The translations under genes and the position numbers were made by a program. A stretch of 64,000 bases of DNA from an uncultured Pseudomonadota bacterium. Lineage in GTDB: Bacteria; Vulcanimicrobiota; Vulcanimicrobiia; Eremiobacterales; Eremiobacteraceae. Below are positions 17,386 to 27,580 of the stretch, in pieces (within the stretch, counting starts at the first letter, position 1; each line of letters starts with the position of its first letter). The stretch lies in the NCBI GenBank assembly GCA_963736005.1, contig CAVTNB010000001.1:992001-1056000 (forward strand), given 5' to 3'. Below the pieces are notes generated by a model. The model had not been told where the DNA came from. It saw nothing but the letters and a program-made list of their open reading frames with translations, and searched no databases.

Positions 17386-18405
17386 ATGCGTCGCTTGAGT
17401 ATTGCAGTGCTTCTGGGTTTGAGCGCCGTGTTCGTGCTTGCCTCCGGGCTGCGGTCGGTGATGGCTGACCCCTCACAGGCACCAGCTCTGTCTGCCTCGC
17501 CTTCCTCAACTCCAAGCGCTTCAATTACGTTCCAGGAGTTCGCGCTGCCCACGCTCGGCGCCAACGCCCGCTCCATAACCCGTGGCCCAGACGGAGCCTT
17601 GTGGTTCACGGAGACCGATAACAACGCGATCGGACGGGTGACGGTCGCTGGTGAGGTGTCGAGGTTTGCGGTGCCCACCAGCGCATCGTCCCCCACGATC
17701 ATCACTCTCGGCCCGGATGGCGCTCTTTGGTTTACCGAGAAATCTTCAGGACTGATCGGACGGGTCACGACAAAGGGCGTTTTTAAGGAACTGAAATTGC
17801 CGACGAAGTTTTCCGCACCCGTTGGCATCGTGACAGGACCGGATGGCAATCTGTGGTTCACTGAATACGTCGCCGACAAAGTCGGTCAGATGACTCCAAG
17901 CGGACAAGTGCTCGAGTTTCCAATCGGAGCGCAAAGCGGCGCGACAGAAATCATCGTAGGCCCCGACAATAACTTGTGGTTTGCGGAACAAAACGGCAAC
18001 AAGATCGGCCGCATCACGACGGCTGGCACGCTGACAGAATTTCCGTTGCCGGGCGGCAATAACTACCCGACCAGCCTGGCCGCTGGCCCGGATGGTGCCG
18101 TATGGTTCACCGAGGTCGGCAGCGGCCGGATCGGGCGCATCACGACGGCCGGCAAAGTGCAGACCTACCTCATACCCACACGACATAGCGGTCCGAGCGG
18201 GATCACCGTCGGCCCCGATGGCAACATTTGGTTCACGGAAAACAACGTCAACCAACTCGGCGAGGTGAACGTGACGACCGGGGCTATTCGTGAGGTACCT
18301 CTGCCAACGTTAGCCGCCGGACCGTTTGGCATCGTCACGGGGCCCGATAATTCTTTGTGGGTTGTCGAATCCAACGCCGATAGGATCGCGCGCTACGCTA
18401 TTTGA
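17386..18405 (+). CDS. Secreted Vgb-lyase-like beta-propeller protein
   Basis: Signal peptide followed by seven I-x-x-GPDG/N-x-L/I/V-W-F-T/A-E type repeats. Confidence 0.88.
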   Translation: MRRLSIAVLLGLSAVFVLASGLRSVMADPSQAPALSASPSSTPSASITFQEFALPTLGANARSITRGPDGALWFTETDNNAIGRVTVAGEVSRFAVPTSASSPTIITLGPDGALWFTEKSSGLIGRVTTKGVFKELKLPTKFSAPVGIVTGPDGNLWFTEYVADKVGQMTPSGQVLEFPIGAQSGATEIIVGPDNNLWFAEQNGNKIGRITTAGTLTEFPLPGGNNYPTSLAAGPDGAVWFTEVGSGRIGRITTAGKVQTYLIPTRHSGPSGITVGPDGNIWFTENNVNQLGEVNVTTGAIREVPLPTLAAGPFGIVTGPDNSLWVVESNADRIARYAI

Positions 18406-20389
18406 GGTAATGGTCCAGCCAAGCGAGCCATAAAGAATACAAATCCTCGACCCGCACAGGGCCACTCACTTCGTGACCCGATTCCGGCCAAGCAATAAAC
18501 TTCACGGGGACCTGATTGTCTTTGAGGGCGTGATACATCGCGTATGACTGCGTGATGGGGACGCGCACGTCGCCCGTGTTGGAGAAAATAAGTGTGGGCG
18601 TTTTGATGTTCTTCCAATACGAAATCGCCGACTGCTCCCGGCAGGCCGCCATGTTGTTCCCAACCCATGGCGAGCCTTTCCAATACCAAACGTCCGAAGC
18701 GTTGGAGTCGCTCAGATCGTAGTCTTCGAGGCAGTCCGTGTAGGCTGCGCCCAAAACGGCGGCTTTCCACACCTGATAGTGGCCGATCAGCCAGGCAGTC
18801 ATGTAGCCTCCATTCGACCATCCGCCGACGGCGATGCGCGAGGTGTCGACGATGCCAAGCTTCTCGACTGCCGCAAGACCTGCCATAATATCTTTGCCAG
18901 GACCGTCGCCCCCATCATTCCAGGTGGCATACATGTACGCGTTGCCGAGGTTATCGCTGCCCCGGTAGTTTGGTTGGAAGACGAGGTAGCCATGGGCGGC
19001 AACCAGGCGAATGTAGTCGTAGAAATCGGTATTGGATCCTTCGTTCGGTCCGCCGTGGATGCGCAACACGAGCGGGTACTTCTTTCCCTTCACGTAGCCC
19101 GGCGGGTATGTCAGCACGCCGTCTTCAGTGAACCCGTTGGGTCCAAGCCACGTGATCTCCTGATTCTCTCCAAAATCGAGTGCAGCGATGTCGTGATTGA
19201 AATCGGTGAGCCGGCGCGGCCGAGCATCGACCGAACTCATGTAGTAAAGCTCTGTGGGCCGCGTGGCCTGATACCCGGAAAATGCTATAGCACCATCCTT
19301 GCCGACCGTTGCATCGATGTTGTTGTCGTTTGAAGGGTCAAGGTCGCCAAGATCCAGCTTGCGCGGCGGCCCGCCGAGCGGCTGCACCCAGAGCGAGGTG
19401 CGCGTGCCGTCAGGGGCTCCGATGAGAAGCGAATTGCTATCGGGCATCCAGAATGCGCCGTTGACGTCGCGATCGATGTGCGGCATGGCGTTGACCCCGT
19501 CGCCGCCTTGCGCCGGTGCGACAAAGACATTCCCTTCGTTCATGTCGTTGCCGTTCAATGAGTACCAATAGGCAATCTTCGTGCCATCTGGCGAGAATGC
19601 CGAATAGTCTTCAAAGCGCGTGTGACTCGTGAGTTTGCGAACTTGTTTGGTTACGACGTTGACCACAATAATGGTCGAACGATCGCCGTCCCCGGTGTGC
19701 GGGGTCGGAACGCGGGTCAGCACGACCTCACGACCGTCCGGTGACCATGACAGCGGCACTGAAATGTCAGGCGTCGCAAGACTCCACGAGCCCGAGGTTA
19801 TCCGCTGCGGCGCACCGCCGCTCGCAGGCACGAGCCACAAGTGGATGGGCATCGGCTCTTGCGTTGTGAGGTATGGGTCATCACCCACCTTGAAGTAGTC
19901 ATGGCCTTGCTCCATGGCGCTCTTGTTCGGCGGCTCGTTCTCCGTGGTGAATGCGAGCGCGGAGCCGTCAGGTTTCCAACTGAACACGTCAACGCCGTTG
20001 GGAACGTTGGTCAGCCTACGCGGCTCTCCGCCCTGCATCGACATCATAAAGATCTGGTCTTCCTGGGTGTCACCCGCCGTGTCCGGCGCGGTGAAAGCAA
20101 TGCGATCGCCGCTTGGAGACCATTGCGGCGATGCTATGCCAGGACGGCTCGAGGTCAGTGCTCGTTGCGCTCCAGTCCCGATATCGATGAGGAGAAGCTC
20201 GGAATCGTAATCATTTTGGGCGTAGTTCGGCCTGGTCACGACACAGACGATCTGCTTGCCATCGGGCGAAATCTGCGGATCTGCAACATCGACGATGCGC
20301 CGGACGTCGGAGATTTGGATGGTGCGCGCACTCACGGTTAAGGGGGTCGCGCTCAGCAAAAGGAAAGCGACAATAAATATTTTACGCAT
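18398..20389 (-). CDS. S9-family peptidase (acylaminoacyl/dipeptidyl peptidase)
   Basis: Signal peptide, SPDG/WSP propeller repeats, IHGGP, NYRGS, GWSNGG, D(VRVP), (SG)H. Confidence 0.93.
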   Translation of the reverse strand: MRKIFIVAFLLLSATPLTVSARTIQISDVRRIVDVADPQISPDGKQIVCVVTRPNYAQNDYDSELLLIDIGTGAQRALTSSRPGIASPQWSPSGDRIAFTAPDTAGDTQEDQIFMMSMQGGEPRRLTNVPNGVDVFSWKPDGSALAFTTENEPPNKSAMEQGHDYFKVGDDPYLTTQEPMPIHLWLVPASGGAPQRITSGSWSLATPDISVPLSWSPDGREVVLTRVPTPHTGDGDRSTIIVVNVVTKQVRKLTSHTRFEDYSAFSPDGTKIAYWYSLNGNDMNEGNVFVAPAQGGDGVNAMPHIDRDVNGAFWMPDSNSLLIGAPDGTRTSLWVQPLGGPPRKLDLGDLDPSNDNNIDATVGKDGAIAFSGYQATRPTELYYMSSVDARPRRLTDFNHDIAALDFGENQEITWLGPNGFTEDGVLTYPPGYVKGKKYPLVLRIHGGPNEGSNTDFYDYIRLVAAHGYLVFQPNYRGSDNLGNAYMYATWNDGGDGPGKDIMAGLAAVEKLGIVDTSRIAVGGWSNGGYMTAWLIGHYQVWKAAVLGAAYTDCLEDYDLSDSNASDVWYWKGSPWVGNNMAACREQSAISYWKNIKTPTLIFSNTGDVRVPITQSYAMYHALKDNQVPVKFIAWPESGHEVSGPVRVEDLYSLWLAWLDHYLK

Positions 20390-20435
20390 GCCGTTCGCTA
20401 CAGTGGAGAAAGATTCGCTTCCTGCATGGTAAAGT

Positions 20436-20460
20436 ATAGTCGCGCGAATTCATTCGCACG
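20436..20460. repeat. Degenerate REP (type C)
   Basis: ATAGTCGCGCGAATTCATTCGCACG resembles the reverse complement of 27531-27555. Confidence 0.55.
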
Positions 20461-20472
20461 CCGTCTCAGGGA

Positions 20473-21369
20473 ATGTCGATGCAATATCACTTCGAGCAGG
20501 TCGACGTCTTTACGAAGAAAAGGTTTGCTGGCAATCCGCTGGCTGTCTTTACGGAGGCGCAAGGCTTGTCGCCCGAAGACATGCAGCGGGTCGCTCGGGA
20601 GATGAACCTTTCGGAAACGACGTTTGTCGTTCCATCGACGATCCCAGACTGCGTCGCGCGATACGTCATCTTTACACCCGATGACGAGATGCCATTTGCC
20701 GGCCATCCGACGGTTGGCACCGCATACGTGCTCGCGCGACTCGGCAAGGTTCCGAGCGGCTCGAACACGCTCAATCTGGAGGCCAAGGTCGGTAAGGTGG
20801 CCGTGCGCGTCGAAGGTCCAAGCAATAACCCTACTGCCCTCTTCTTCACCTCTCCACCCATCGTTTTTGGATCGCGCTGCGACAATCGAGCCGCTGTCGC
20901 TGATGCGCTCGGCCTGCGCGAGTCAGATCTCTTGGCCACTGCACCCGTGGAAGAGGCTGGTTGCCCAGTGTTGCATCCCTACGTTGGCCTCGCGAGCCCC
21001 GAGCTTGTCGACTCTGTTACCGTGAACGAGAAGCTGTTTGTCAAAGCCATGAACAAACCTAAGACGAGCGGGGTCTACATCTTTGCATCAAAGCACGAGA
21101 CCCAAGGTATCTACGCGCGTTTCTTTTCCTTTACGAAGGCTGGGACCATCGAGGATCCCGCCACCGGATCGGCGGCAAGCCCCCTCGCCGCCTATCTTCT
21201 ACGACATGGTCTTCTCGGTGAGGGCAACGAGTTTGCGGTAGAACAGGGGACAAAAATGGGCCGGCAATCGTTTCTCACGGTTTCGTTGACGCGCCGGGGA
21301 CGCAGCGCTGACAAGATTGAAGTTGGGGGTAGCGCTGTCTCCGTGCTTTCCGGCACGCTCGTCATGTAA
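20473..21369 (+). CDS. PhzF-family isomerase
   Basis: VDVF...FAGNPLAV, NLSETTF, PFAGHPT, EDPATGSA, EQG..MGR.S. Confidence 0.93.
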   Translation: MSMQYHFEQVDVFTKKRFAGNPLAVFTEAQGLSPEDMQRVAREMNLSETTFVVPSTIPDCVARYVIFTPDDEMPFAGHPTVGTAYVLARLGKVPSGSNTLNLEAKVGKVAVRVEGPSNNPTALFFTSPPIVFGSRCDNRAAVADALGLRESDLLATAPVEEAGCPVLHPYVGLASPELVDSVTVNEKLFVKAMNKPKTSGVYIFASKHETQGIYARFFSFTKAGTIEDPATGSAASPLAAYLLRHGLLGEGNEFAVEQGTKMGRQSFLTVSLTRRGRSADKIEVGGSAVSVLSGTLVM

Positions 21370-21388
21370 TGTCGCCCACGAGGTTACC

Positions 21389-22039
21389 ATGATTCGCTTC
21401 ATTTATTATCTCGACGTCATGTCATCTTGGTGCTACTATGCCGAGCCGAACGTCGAGCGCGTGCGCAAAAAATATGGGGACCGGCTGGCCTATGAATGGC
21501 GCATCTCTCTTGTGACTGACCATCCACCAGGCGGCTGGTCTATCGAACAGATGAAATGGTTTTACAAGCGTTCGGCCTCCATCTCGGGCACCCAGCTCAA
21601 TCCGGAATGGTGCCATGGGCAGCACTCAACGCTGCAGCCTAATCTGGCCGCGGAGGCGGCGCGCGAATTGGGTTTTGCAGACGACCGCGTGCGTCGTGCC
21701 CTCGCGCACGCGGCGCTCATCGAAGGGGTCCCAATCTATCACAAAAGCGAGGCAGTGGCGGTCGCCTCGGCGGCTAGCGGTCTCGATGACAAGAAACTCT
21801 TCGAGCTGATGGACGATCCAAAGATCGAAGAACGCATTCGGGCGACAAGTGCGGAGTTCGCGTCATTTCAGATCGACCAGCGACCGGCGTTCGTGTTGCG
21901 AAGCGGCATCGGGGACACGGCAATCTTCTCCGGTGTGTGGACCTTCCAACCCCTTGATGCAACGATTGAAGCGATGCTTCACGAGGAGGACCAATATGCG
22001 AAGTTCGCGGCCGCGAACCCGCCGATGCCAGCGCGGTAA
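21389..22039 (+). CDS. DsbA-family (FrnE/GST-kappa-like) thioredoxin-fold protein
   Basis: YYLDVMSSWCY (SxxC) and cis-Pro RPAF. Start ATG 21389 with GAGG RBS. Confidence 0.8.
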   Translation: MIRFIYYLDVMSSWCYYAEPNVERVRKKYGDRLAYEWRISLVTDHPPGGWSIEQMKWFYKRSASISGTQLNPEWCHGQHSTLQPNLAAEAARELGFADDRVRRALAHAALIEGVPIYHKSEAVAVASAASGLDDKKLFELMDDPKIEERIRATSAEFASFQIDQRPAFVLRSGIGDTAIFSGVWTFQPLDATIEAMLHEEDQYAKFAAANPPMPAR

Positions 22040-22043
22040 AGGT

Positions 22044-24209
22044 TTAGGTGCCTTCGCCGCCACCGAAACGTAGGACGTACTTCACGATCAGTCGATCGAG
22101 GGAGACTGAGGCTGCCGGCGTGCCGTAATTGACGAACAACTCGTTGCCGTTGGGCAATTTCTCGTGAAAGCCGGCCGCAAGATTCACTCCTGGCGATGCA
22201 AAGCCACCGGTGCCATTGATTCCGCGAAGCGCTAAGGTCATGTTCGTATCGGGCCCGAGCGACTCACCAATCGCGATGCTGCGAAGGATCTGCCCATTGA
22301 CGCCGATGCTTTCGGAACGCTCGTGCGTGCCCGCGTAGATCAGGGAGAGATTGAGGTGCGTGCCGATTGGTCGAGTGCTCGACCATTGAAACTGCTGGAG
22401 ATAAAACGTCGAAAACGGCCCTTCTCCGTAAAAGAAATCAATCGGGGACGGCGTGCCGTCGCGATATCCCAGCGTGAACGAAGATTGATTGAAGGGCAGC
22501 ATGACGCCGCCGGTGAGGACGGGATCGTCAAGCGAACTCGACGACTGCGTCAGATTGAGGTGGAACAGGTTATTCGTGTAGATATCGGTCGTACCAAAGA
22601 CATCTGCTTCTTTGACGTTCCCCACATGATTGAGAAAGCGATCCACGGCAAAAAAGCCGCTCCAGGTTTTGATCCCTGGGCTGGATGTGGTGAAATCGGT
22701 AAATGCCTGAGGTCCGTGGATATCGTTGACCGCTGTGAACCCATCGAGCGGTGCATAGCCGGGACTAATATCGAGGTACCCGATGTTCCACTCGTAGTTG
22801 GGCTTGTGCACGTCCACAAATGCGTTTCGAGAGAACGCGAAAAGATCTCCGGGATCAGTTGTCAGATTCTTTTGCTCCAACGACTGATCGTACCCCCACA
22901 CAAACCCCGTCTTGAGATTTCTGCCCGCGATGCCGCTCTCAAATGTGCTATCGTTGCCGATATCGTGGTGCGCTAGTACGCCATCCACCCAGTAGAGAAA
23001 GCTGCGATCTGGTAACGAATGCTTGAAGCCAAAGGCTTGGTCGTCCAGCACATCGCCGTTCACGGTGCTGCGCACGGAAAGCAAGCCGAGTGATTGATCG
23101 CCGTATGTCCCCTCGAGTTTGAGGCCGCGATCGAAGGCGCCTATGCCCGGCGTGTAGAGCACCTGATCCGAGGTTGCGATATTGTTGCCGATGGGGAATG
23201 CTGTGTTGGTAAAGTATTGCGCCCCTTGCGCAAAAAATGGCCGGTATTCTGTGAGATTGCGAGGGAACTCTTGGGGCACAATTGTTTGCTGATCGACTTC
23301 AACGTTTGAGAAGTCCGGGTTGAGCGTTCCTACTGCAGCGATCGTGCTTGTCAACGGGTAGACAAAATCGAGCCCGTAATTTCGAACGGATTGTGTTGCA
23401 AACGAGTTGTTTGCTTGTTGGAACACATTTCGGTCTTTGCCGATGCTCTCAAGCCCGTAGATCGCGGCGCGAGGCTTCGGGCGAGTTGCGTTCCCCACAA
23501 TGTTCAAGTTTGAGAGCGTTGGCCAGAAGCGGGCATCCGTAAACGTTGGCCAGTTCGGTGGCTGCGCATCTTGCATCAATCCATCGTATGACCAGGTGTA
23601 GTGATCCCCAACGCCGGCGACGATGCGAATGAAGTTGATGCGCCAGCTCTTGTTCTTGCCGGCGGCAGCGCGCAGGTCTTTCAGCGGAATCGTAAACATT
23701 GCCGCCCATGCCGACCCCTGCACGGCGGTCGTCACCTTCCAAGGTGGATCGTACCGGCTGGATTCCGACGACTGCTGGTATCGAACGCCTCGAGGCGTTG
23801 CTTCGAAGAAGTAGACTTCCTGGCCCGCGCTCGTGTCGATGCCCACCCCCACAGCGTCGTCTTGTCCGAAACCGATTTGGTTCGTCGTTTGACTTGCGTG
23901 GATGGGCATGCCATCTTGCTCGGCGCGGATCGCAACGTACAAGTTCGCGTCATCGTAGAGCAAGTATGCTGTCGTTGGCAGCGTCGCTGGGCGCCGGGTC
24001 GTCAGGTTGAAAAAATTGGCGGCTTTGACCGCCTTTTGCCACGCCGGATCAGTCAGGCCGATGTCAAACTTCGGGGGCGCATCGGCGCGGGAGGCTTGGA
24101 ACGACAGCGTGGGGTCCGCAGCCGCAGCAGCGGGCGCGCAAAGGAAAAGTCCGACGGCGATGATTGCCGTGCTGGAAACCCCGAGGATGCGCAAAAGCCC
24201 CGTGCCCAT
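22044..24209 (-). CDS. CBM9-like/DUF5916-type exported, probably outer-membrane, protein
   Basis: Signal peptide, YLLYDDANLYVA, WRINF, LNPDFSNVEVD...EYRPFF. Confidence 0.8.
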   Translation of the reverse strand: MGTGLLRILGVSSTAIIAVGLFLCAPAAAAADPTLSFQASRADAPPKFDIGLTDPAWQKAVKAANFFNLTTRRPATLPTTAYLLYDDANLYVAIRAEQDGMPIHASQTTNQIGFGQDDAVGVGIDTSAGQEVYFFEATPRGVRYQQSSESSRYDPPWKVTTAVQGSAWAAMFTIPLKDLRAAAGKNKSWRINFIRIVAGVGDHYTWSYDGLMQDAQPPNWPTFTDARFWPTLSNLNIVGNATRPKPRAAIYGLESIGKDRNVFQQANNSFATQSVRNYGLDFVYPLTSTIAAVGTLNPDFSNVEVDQQTIVPQEFPRNLTEYRPFFAQGAQYFTNTAFPIGNNIATSDQVLYTPGIGAFDRGLKLEGTYGDQSLGLLSVRSTVNGDVLDDQAFGFKHSLPDRSFLYWVDGVLAHHDIGNDSTFESGIAGRNLKTGFVWGYDQSLEQKNLTTDPGDLFAFSRNAFVDVHKPNYEWNIGYLDISPGYAPLDGFTAVNDIHGPQAFTDFTTSSPGIKTWSGFFAVDRFLNHVGNVKEADVFGTTDIYTNNLFHLNLTQSSSSLDDPVLTGGVMLPFNQSSFTLGYRDGTPSPIDFFYGEGPFSTFYLQQFQWSSTRPIGTHLNLSLIYAGTHERSESIGVNGQILRSIAIGESLGPDTNMTLALRGINGTGGFASPGVNLAAGFHEKLPNGNELFVNYGTPAASVSLDRLIVKYVLRFGGGEGT

Positions 24210-24463
24210 TCGGGTCAATCTACAGCGGCGACAGGCAGAAAGTTTCAGCCCATGTCGATCGGCTGGCCGCGGCATCGAGTATTCTATATCATGCTCCGGT
24301 AAGTTACGGACTTGCAGCCTGGTTGGTTAGCTCTGCTTTTTGTGCGTACCTGGCGTCTGAGTACCCTTCCCTGGATTTTTCATGAATGTCAAACTGCGCG
24401 CTCTCAGCGCACCTTCAGTGCGGACGGATACACTATCGTACGACGGGGCTTTTGGGGAGTATC

Positions 24464-25006
24464 ATGAATCAAGAATCGCTGCTGAAGATTGCTAGAAAGT
24501 TTGTCCTGCTTGTCGTGGTCACGACGATGGTCGCGGCCTGTGGAGGCGGCGGTGGCGGGTCTGTGGCACCTCTGCCGCAGACGACTGCGCAACCAATTCC
24601 ATCACCAACCGGCGCGAGCGTTCTTTCCACGCGATCGCTCAAGGGTGCAGCCGGCTTTGTGAATTCCGCTGGATTCACCGTTTACGTTTTCGATAAAGAT
24701 CTTACCGACCCAGGCCATTCAACCTGCAACGGTAATGATGGATGCACGCAGAACTGGCCACCGGTTCGTCCGCCTTCCGGCGTGACGCTCAGCGGGCAGT
24801 TCGCGACGATCACGCGCGACGATGGCACGACGCAGCTTACGTATGCAGGCCGCCCGCTGTACACGTTCGTCGTCGATACCGCACCTGGACAGACAAATGG
24901 GGACGGCGTCAATGCCTTCGGCGGCATCTGGCACATCGCTAGTCCACAATCGAATGCGACACCGGATCCCTCGCCCACACCACAACCGACGCACAGTCCG
25001 TATTAA
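24464..25006 (+). CDS. Lipoprotein with COG4315/Lipoprotein_15 repeats
   Basis: Lipobox VAAC, GFTVYVFDKD..C..C..NWPP, QLTYAGRPLYTF..D...NGDG. Confidence 0.88.
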   Translation: MNQESLLKIARKFVLLVVVTTMVAACGGGGGGSVAPLPQTTAQPIPSPTGASVLSTRSLKGAAGFVNSAGFTVYVFDKDLTDPGHSTCNGNDGCTQNWPPVRPPSGVTLSGQFATITRDDGTTQLTYAGRPLYTFVVDTAPGQTNGDGVNAFGGIWHIASPQSNATPDPSPTPQPTHSPY

Positions 25007-25014
25007 ACGAAGAT

Positions 25015-25039
25015 GGGCGACTTGACAGTCGCCCACCAC
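25015..25039. repeat. REP palindrome (type A)
   Basis: GGGCGAC-ttgaca-GTCGCCC-accac, between convergent genes. Confidence 0.75.
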
Positions 25040-25055
25040 ATTTTTATCCCACATT

Positions 25056-27512
25056 TTAGCGACGTACTAACTCAACTCGGCGGTTCAACGCCCTTCCCTG
25101 CGCGGTATCGTTCGATGCCTTCGGCCGCGAAAAGCCATAACCGATCGTGCTCAGTCGCTGTGCACTTGTGTGGTAACGGGTGACCAAGGCATTCTTGACC
25201 GAGGTAGCACGCCGCTTGGAAAGGTCGAGGTTGTACCCAACTCCGCCCACGTTGTCCGTGTGCCCTTCAATCGTGAGATTCCAAGAGGGATTAGCCTTGA
25301 GGGCATCGGCAATTTCAACCAGCACGGGCGTTGACTCGGGCTTGAGCGTTGCACTGGCGAAGTCAAAGTAAATTCCGTAGACGACGACTCGCTTCGCAGT
25401 TGCCAGCGTTTTTGCAATTTTTGGCGTCGCCGGTACGGATGCAGCGCGAGCTGTGGGTGGGGGAGTTTGCGCGCCCGCCGAAGCGATCGTTACGGTCGTG
25501 TTTGTCGTGTTGCCGGCGGCGTCGGTACCCGTAACGACAAACGGGTAGCTGCCCGGCTTGGCTTTGGCTGGAACGCTCACGTTGAGGTTCGACTGCGCGG
25601 AGCCGCCATTCAATGGAAGCTTGCTGTTCGACAGGGACGTAGGCCATGGGGCGTCGGCTGGCGCCTTCACCGCAAGGTTCACCGTTCCGGAGAACCCATG
25701 ACTGGCAAGCAAGGTGAGCGGAGTGGTCACCGTCTGCGATCTCCCAGGCGAGAAGGTGCCGCTGCCGCCAGATTGAGCCACGGTAAACGGGGTCGAAACT
25801 AGTTGGCTGCACGGAAGCGCGGCATCTGCCGGCTGCGCAAGTTCAAGGAGCACGATTCTTTGGTATTGCGGGATATCATCATCGTCCGTATCGAGCCCGT
25901 CGTAGATCATTAACCCCTGTCCCAACGGCGCATACATTTGAAAGTAGCCGTTTTGATTGAGTACGTTGGTTCCGTACAAATGTCCGCACCAGTGTTTGTC
26001 CTGCGTCACGACGGTATTTGCATCGCCAAGTTGCTGGTTGCTCACTGCAAGGTATCCCTTGACGTCGACAAAGTGCGCCTTGTCCGAGGCGTTACTTCCT
26101 AATGTATCTGACTCAACCAAAATCAGATTGCTCCCGCGCGCGGCATTCTTGCCTGGATTTGAGGTTGTAAAAGCATACGGCAAGAAGCTATAGTCGGTCT
26201 GCGTGCAGTCGTCGGCGTCATGAATGATCAGTTTGCCCCCGCTGTAGACCCAGTCGGTGAGGGCCTGCGTCTGCGTCTTGGTCAGCACCGAGCTGGCATT
26301 GCAAATCGAGGAGAACACGACCGTCTGATAGCCGGCGAGCACTTGTGGATCGAAACGGGCGACTGGCAACGGCACGATGCGATAGCCTGGGTAGAGCGGC
26401 GGGCCGACCGTCGTAATGCCGCCCATAGCGGGTTGACCATAGGGCGCATAGCGGTTCGGGCCCACGGTGTCGTACAGCTCCAATACGGGCGTGCCACTGC
26501 CTTGCGGCTTGGCTCCGGCGAAAACTGAGTCGCACGACTCGCTGCCGCTTATGCGGACCGCAACCCAACTATTGTATCCGCCGAAGGCGCCTACCATGAT
26601 CGTATTATCCTCGTTGACCACAGCCGGGTTTAGCGCCTCATCCGCCTCATTGAGAGTCACCGTGAGGCCTGCTTCGTTTCCGTGAAATGCACTGACGCCA
26701 TCCTTTGAACACCGCGAGCCGTTAAGATCGCTCCCAGACTGGTGAATTTCGAGCAGAGTGTCGCTCGGCGACACCTCGCTAATACTTAGAGGAGCGGCCG
26801 GAAAGACACCAGCTGAATCCCCCGGTATGCCAAGATGTGGATATGGATCGTCGGGATAGAATTTCCACAAGCCTGCGACGGGCGCTGCGACCGGTCTCGG
26901 ATCGAACGTGCCGTTAACTTGCACGTCGTAGAGATGGGTCCCCGAAGCGTTTCCATCAATGGTTACCTTGATCCAACGACCCTTTGCCGGCGTTGAAAGA
27001 TCGAAAGTCTGATCCTGGTCTCCGCTGAGCCCGTAGGTCCCCACCTCAGAGAATCCCGAGGTGGCGCTTTGCGATGAGACTGCGACGTGCACAGTTTGGT
27101 TGGGCACTGGTTGGTTCTGTCCGTTGATGGTCATGTCGCCAAGACCAAGCACGATTTGCTGAATCGTCGCTGAACTAGGCAACTCGAAAACAAACTCGTA
27201 GGGGCCGGTCGAGCCCTCCTTTGCAGTCCAGCCTGGAGTGCCTATGAGAAGGTTTTCTGGCGGGGTGTCGAGCGATGACGCGGGCCAGGATCGCAAGATC
27301 GTGCCCTGGGTGAATGAGATCAGATTTCCCGAACCGGTAGAGGTCACTTCAGCTGCAGGTTGCGCCGACGAGGCCGTGGACCCGGTTTGCTCACCTGCTC
27401 CAGCACTTGGTGATGGTGGTGTAGCAGCGGGTGGCTGCGTATTCTTTGCGCATCCCGAAAGAAAGCTTGTCACCAAGCACGCGAGGACGATCATTGCCAT
27501 CGTGGACTTCAC
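25056..27512 (-). CDS. Multidomain lipoprotein with a C-terminal OmpA peptidoglycan-binding domain
   Basis: Lipobox LSGC, discoidin-like region (GRWIKVTI), C-terminal IYFDF..IEGHTD..NLDLSKRRA..LNRRVE. Confidence 0.9.
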   Translation of the reverse strand: MKSTMAMIVLACLVTSFLSGCAKNTQPPAATPPSPSAGAGEQTGSTASSAQPAAEVTSTGSGNLISFTQGTILRSWPASSLDTPPENLLIGTPGWTAKEGSTGPYEFVFELPSSATIQQIVLGLGDMTINGQNQPVPNQTVHVAVSSQSATSGFSEVGTYGLSGDQDQTFDLSTPAKGRWIKVTIDGNASGTHLYDVQVNGTFDPRPVAAPVAGLWKFYPDDPYPHLGIPGDSAGVFPAAPLSISEVSPSDTLLEIHQSGSDLNGSRCSKDGVSAFHGNEAGLTVTLNEADEALNPAVVNEDNTIMVGAFGGYNSWVAVRISGSESCDSVFAGAKPQGSGTPVLELYDTVGPNRYAPYGQPAMGGITTVGPPLYPGYRIVPLPVARFDPQVLAGYQTVVFSSICNASSVLTKTQTQALTDWVYSGGKLIIHDADDCTQTDYSFLPYAFTTSNPGKNAARGSNLILVESDTLGSNASDKAHFVDVKGYLAVSNQQLGDANTVVTQDKHWCGHLYGTNVLNQNGYFQMYAPLGQGLMIYDGLDTDDDDIPQYQRIVLLELAQPADAALPCSQLVSTPFTVAQSGGSGTFSPGRSQTVTTPLTLLASHGFSGTVNLAVKAPADAPWPTSLSNSKLPLNGGSAQSNLNVSVPAKAKPGSYPFVVTGTDAAGNTTNTTVTIASAGAQTPPPTARAASVPATPKIAKTLATAKRVVVYGIYFDFASATLKPESTPVLVEIADALKANPSWNLTIEGHTDNVGGVGYNLDLSKRRATSVKNALVTRYHTSAQRLSTIGYGFSRPKASNDTAQGRALNRRVELVRR

Positions 27513-27530
27513 TGCGGAACCTCCACTATA

Positions 27531-27555
27531 CGCGCGAATAAATTCGCGCGACTAC
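27531..27555. repeat. GTAG-type REP palindrome (type C)
   Basis: CGCGCGAAT-aa-ATTCGCGCG-actac. Confidence 0.7.
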
Positions 27556-27580
27556 AAGGATCGCCCACCACAGCTATAGT

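Noticed and set aside
17386..18405. Streptogramin resistance gene vgb
   Set aside because: It has a signal peptide and belongs to a widespread propeller family; resistance function cannot be supported from the sequence.
20473..21369. Phenazine biosynthesis
   Set aside because: A lone PhzF homologue without the other phz genes.
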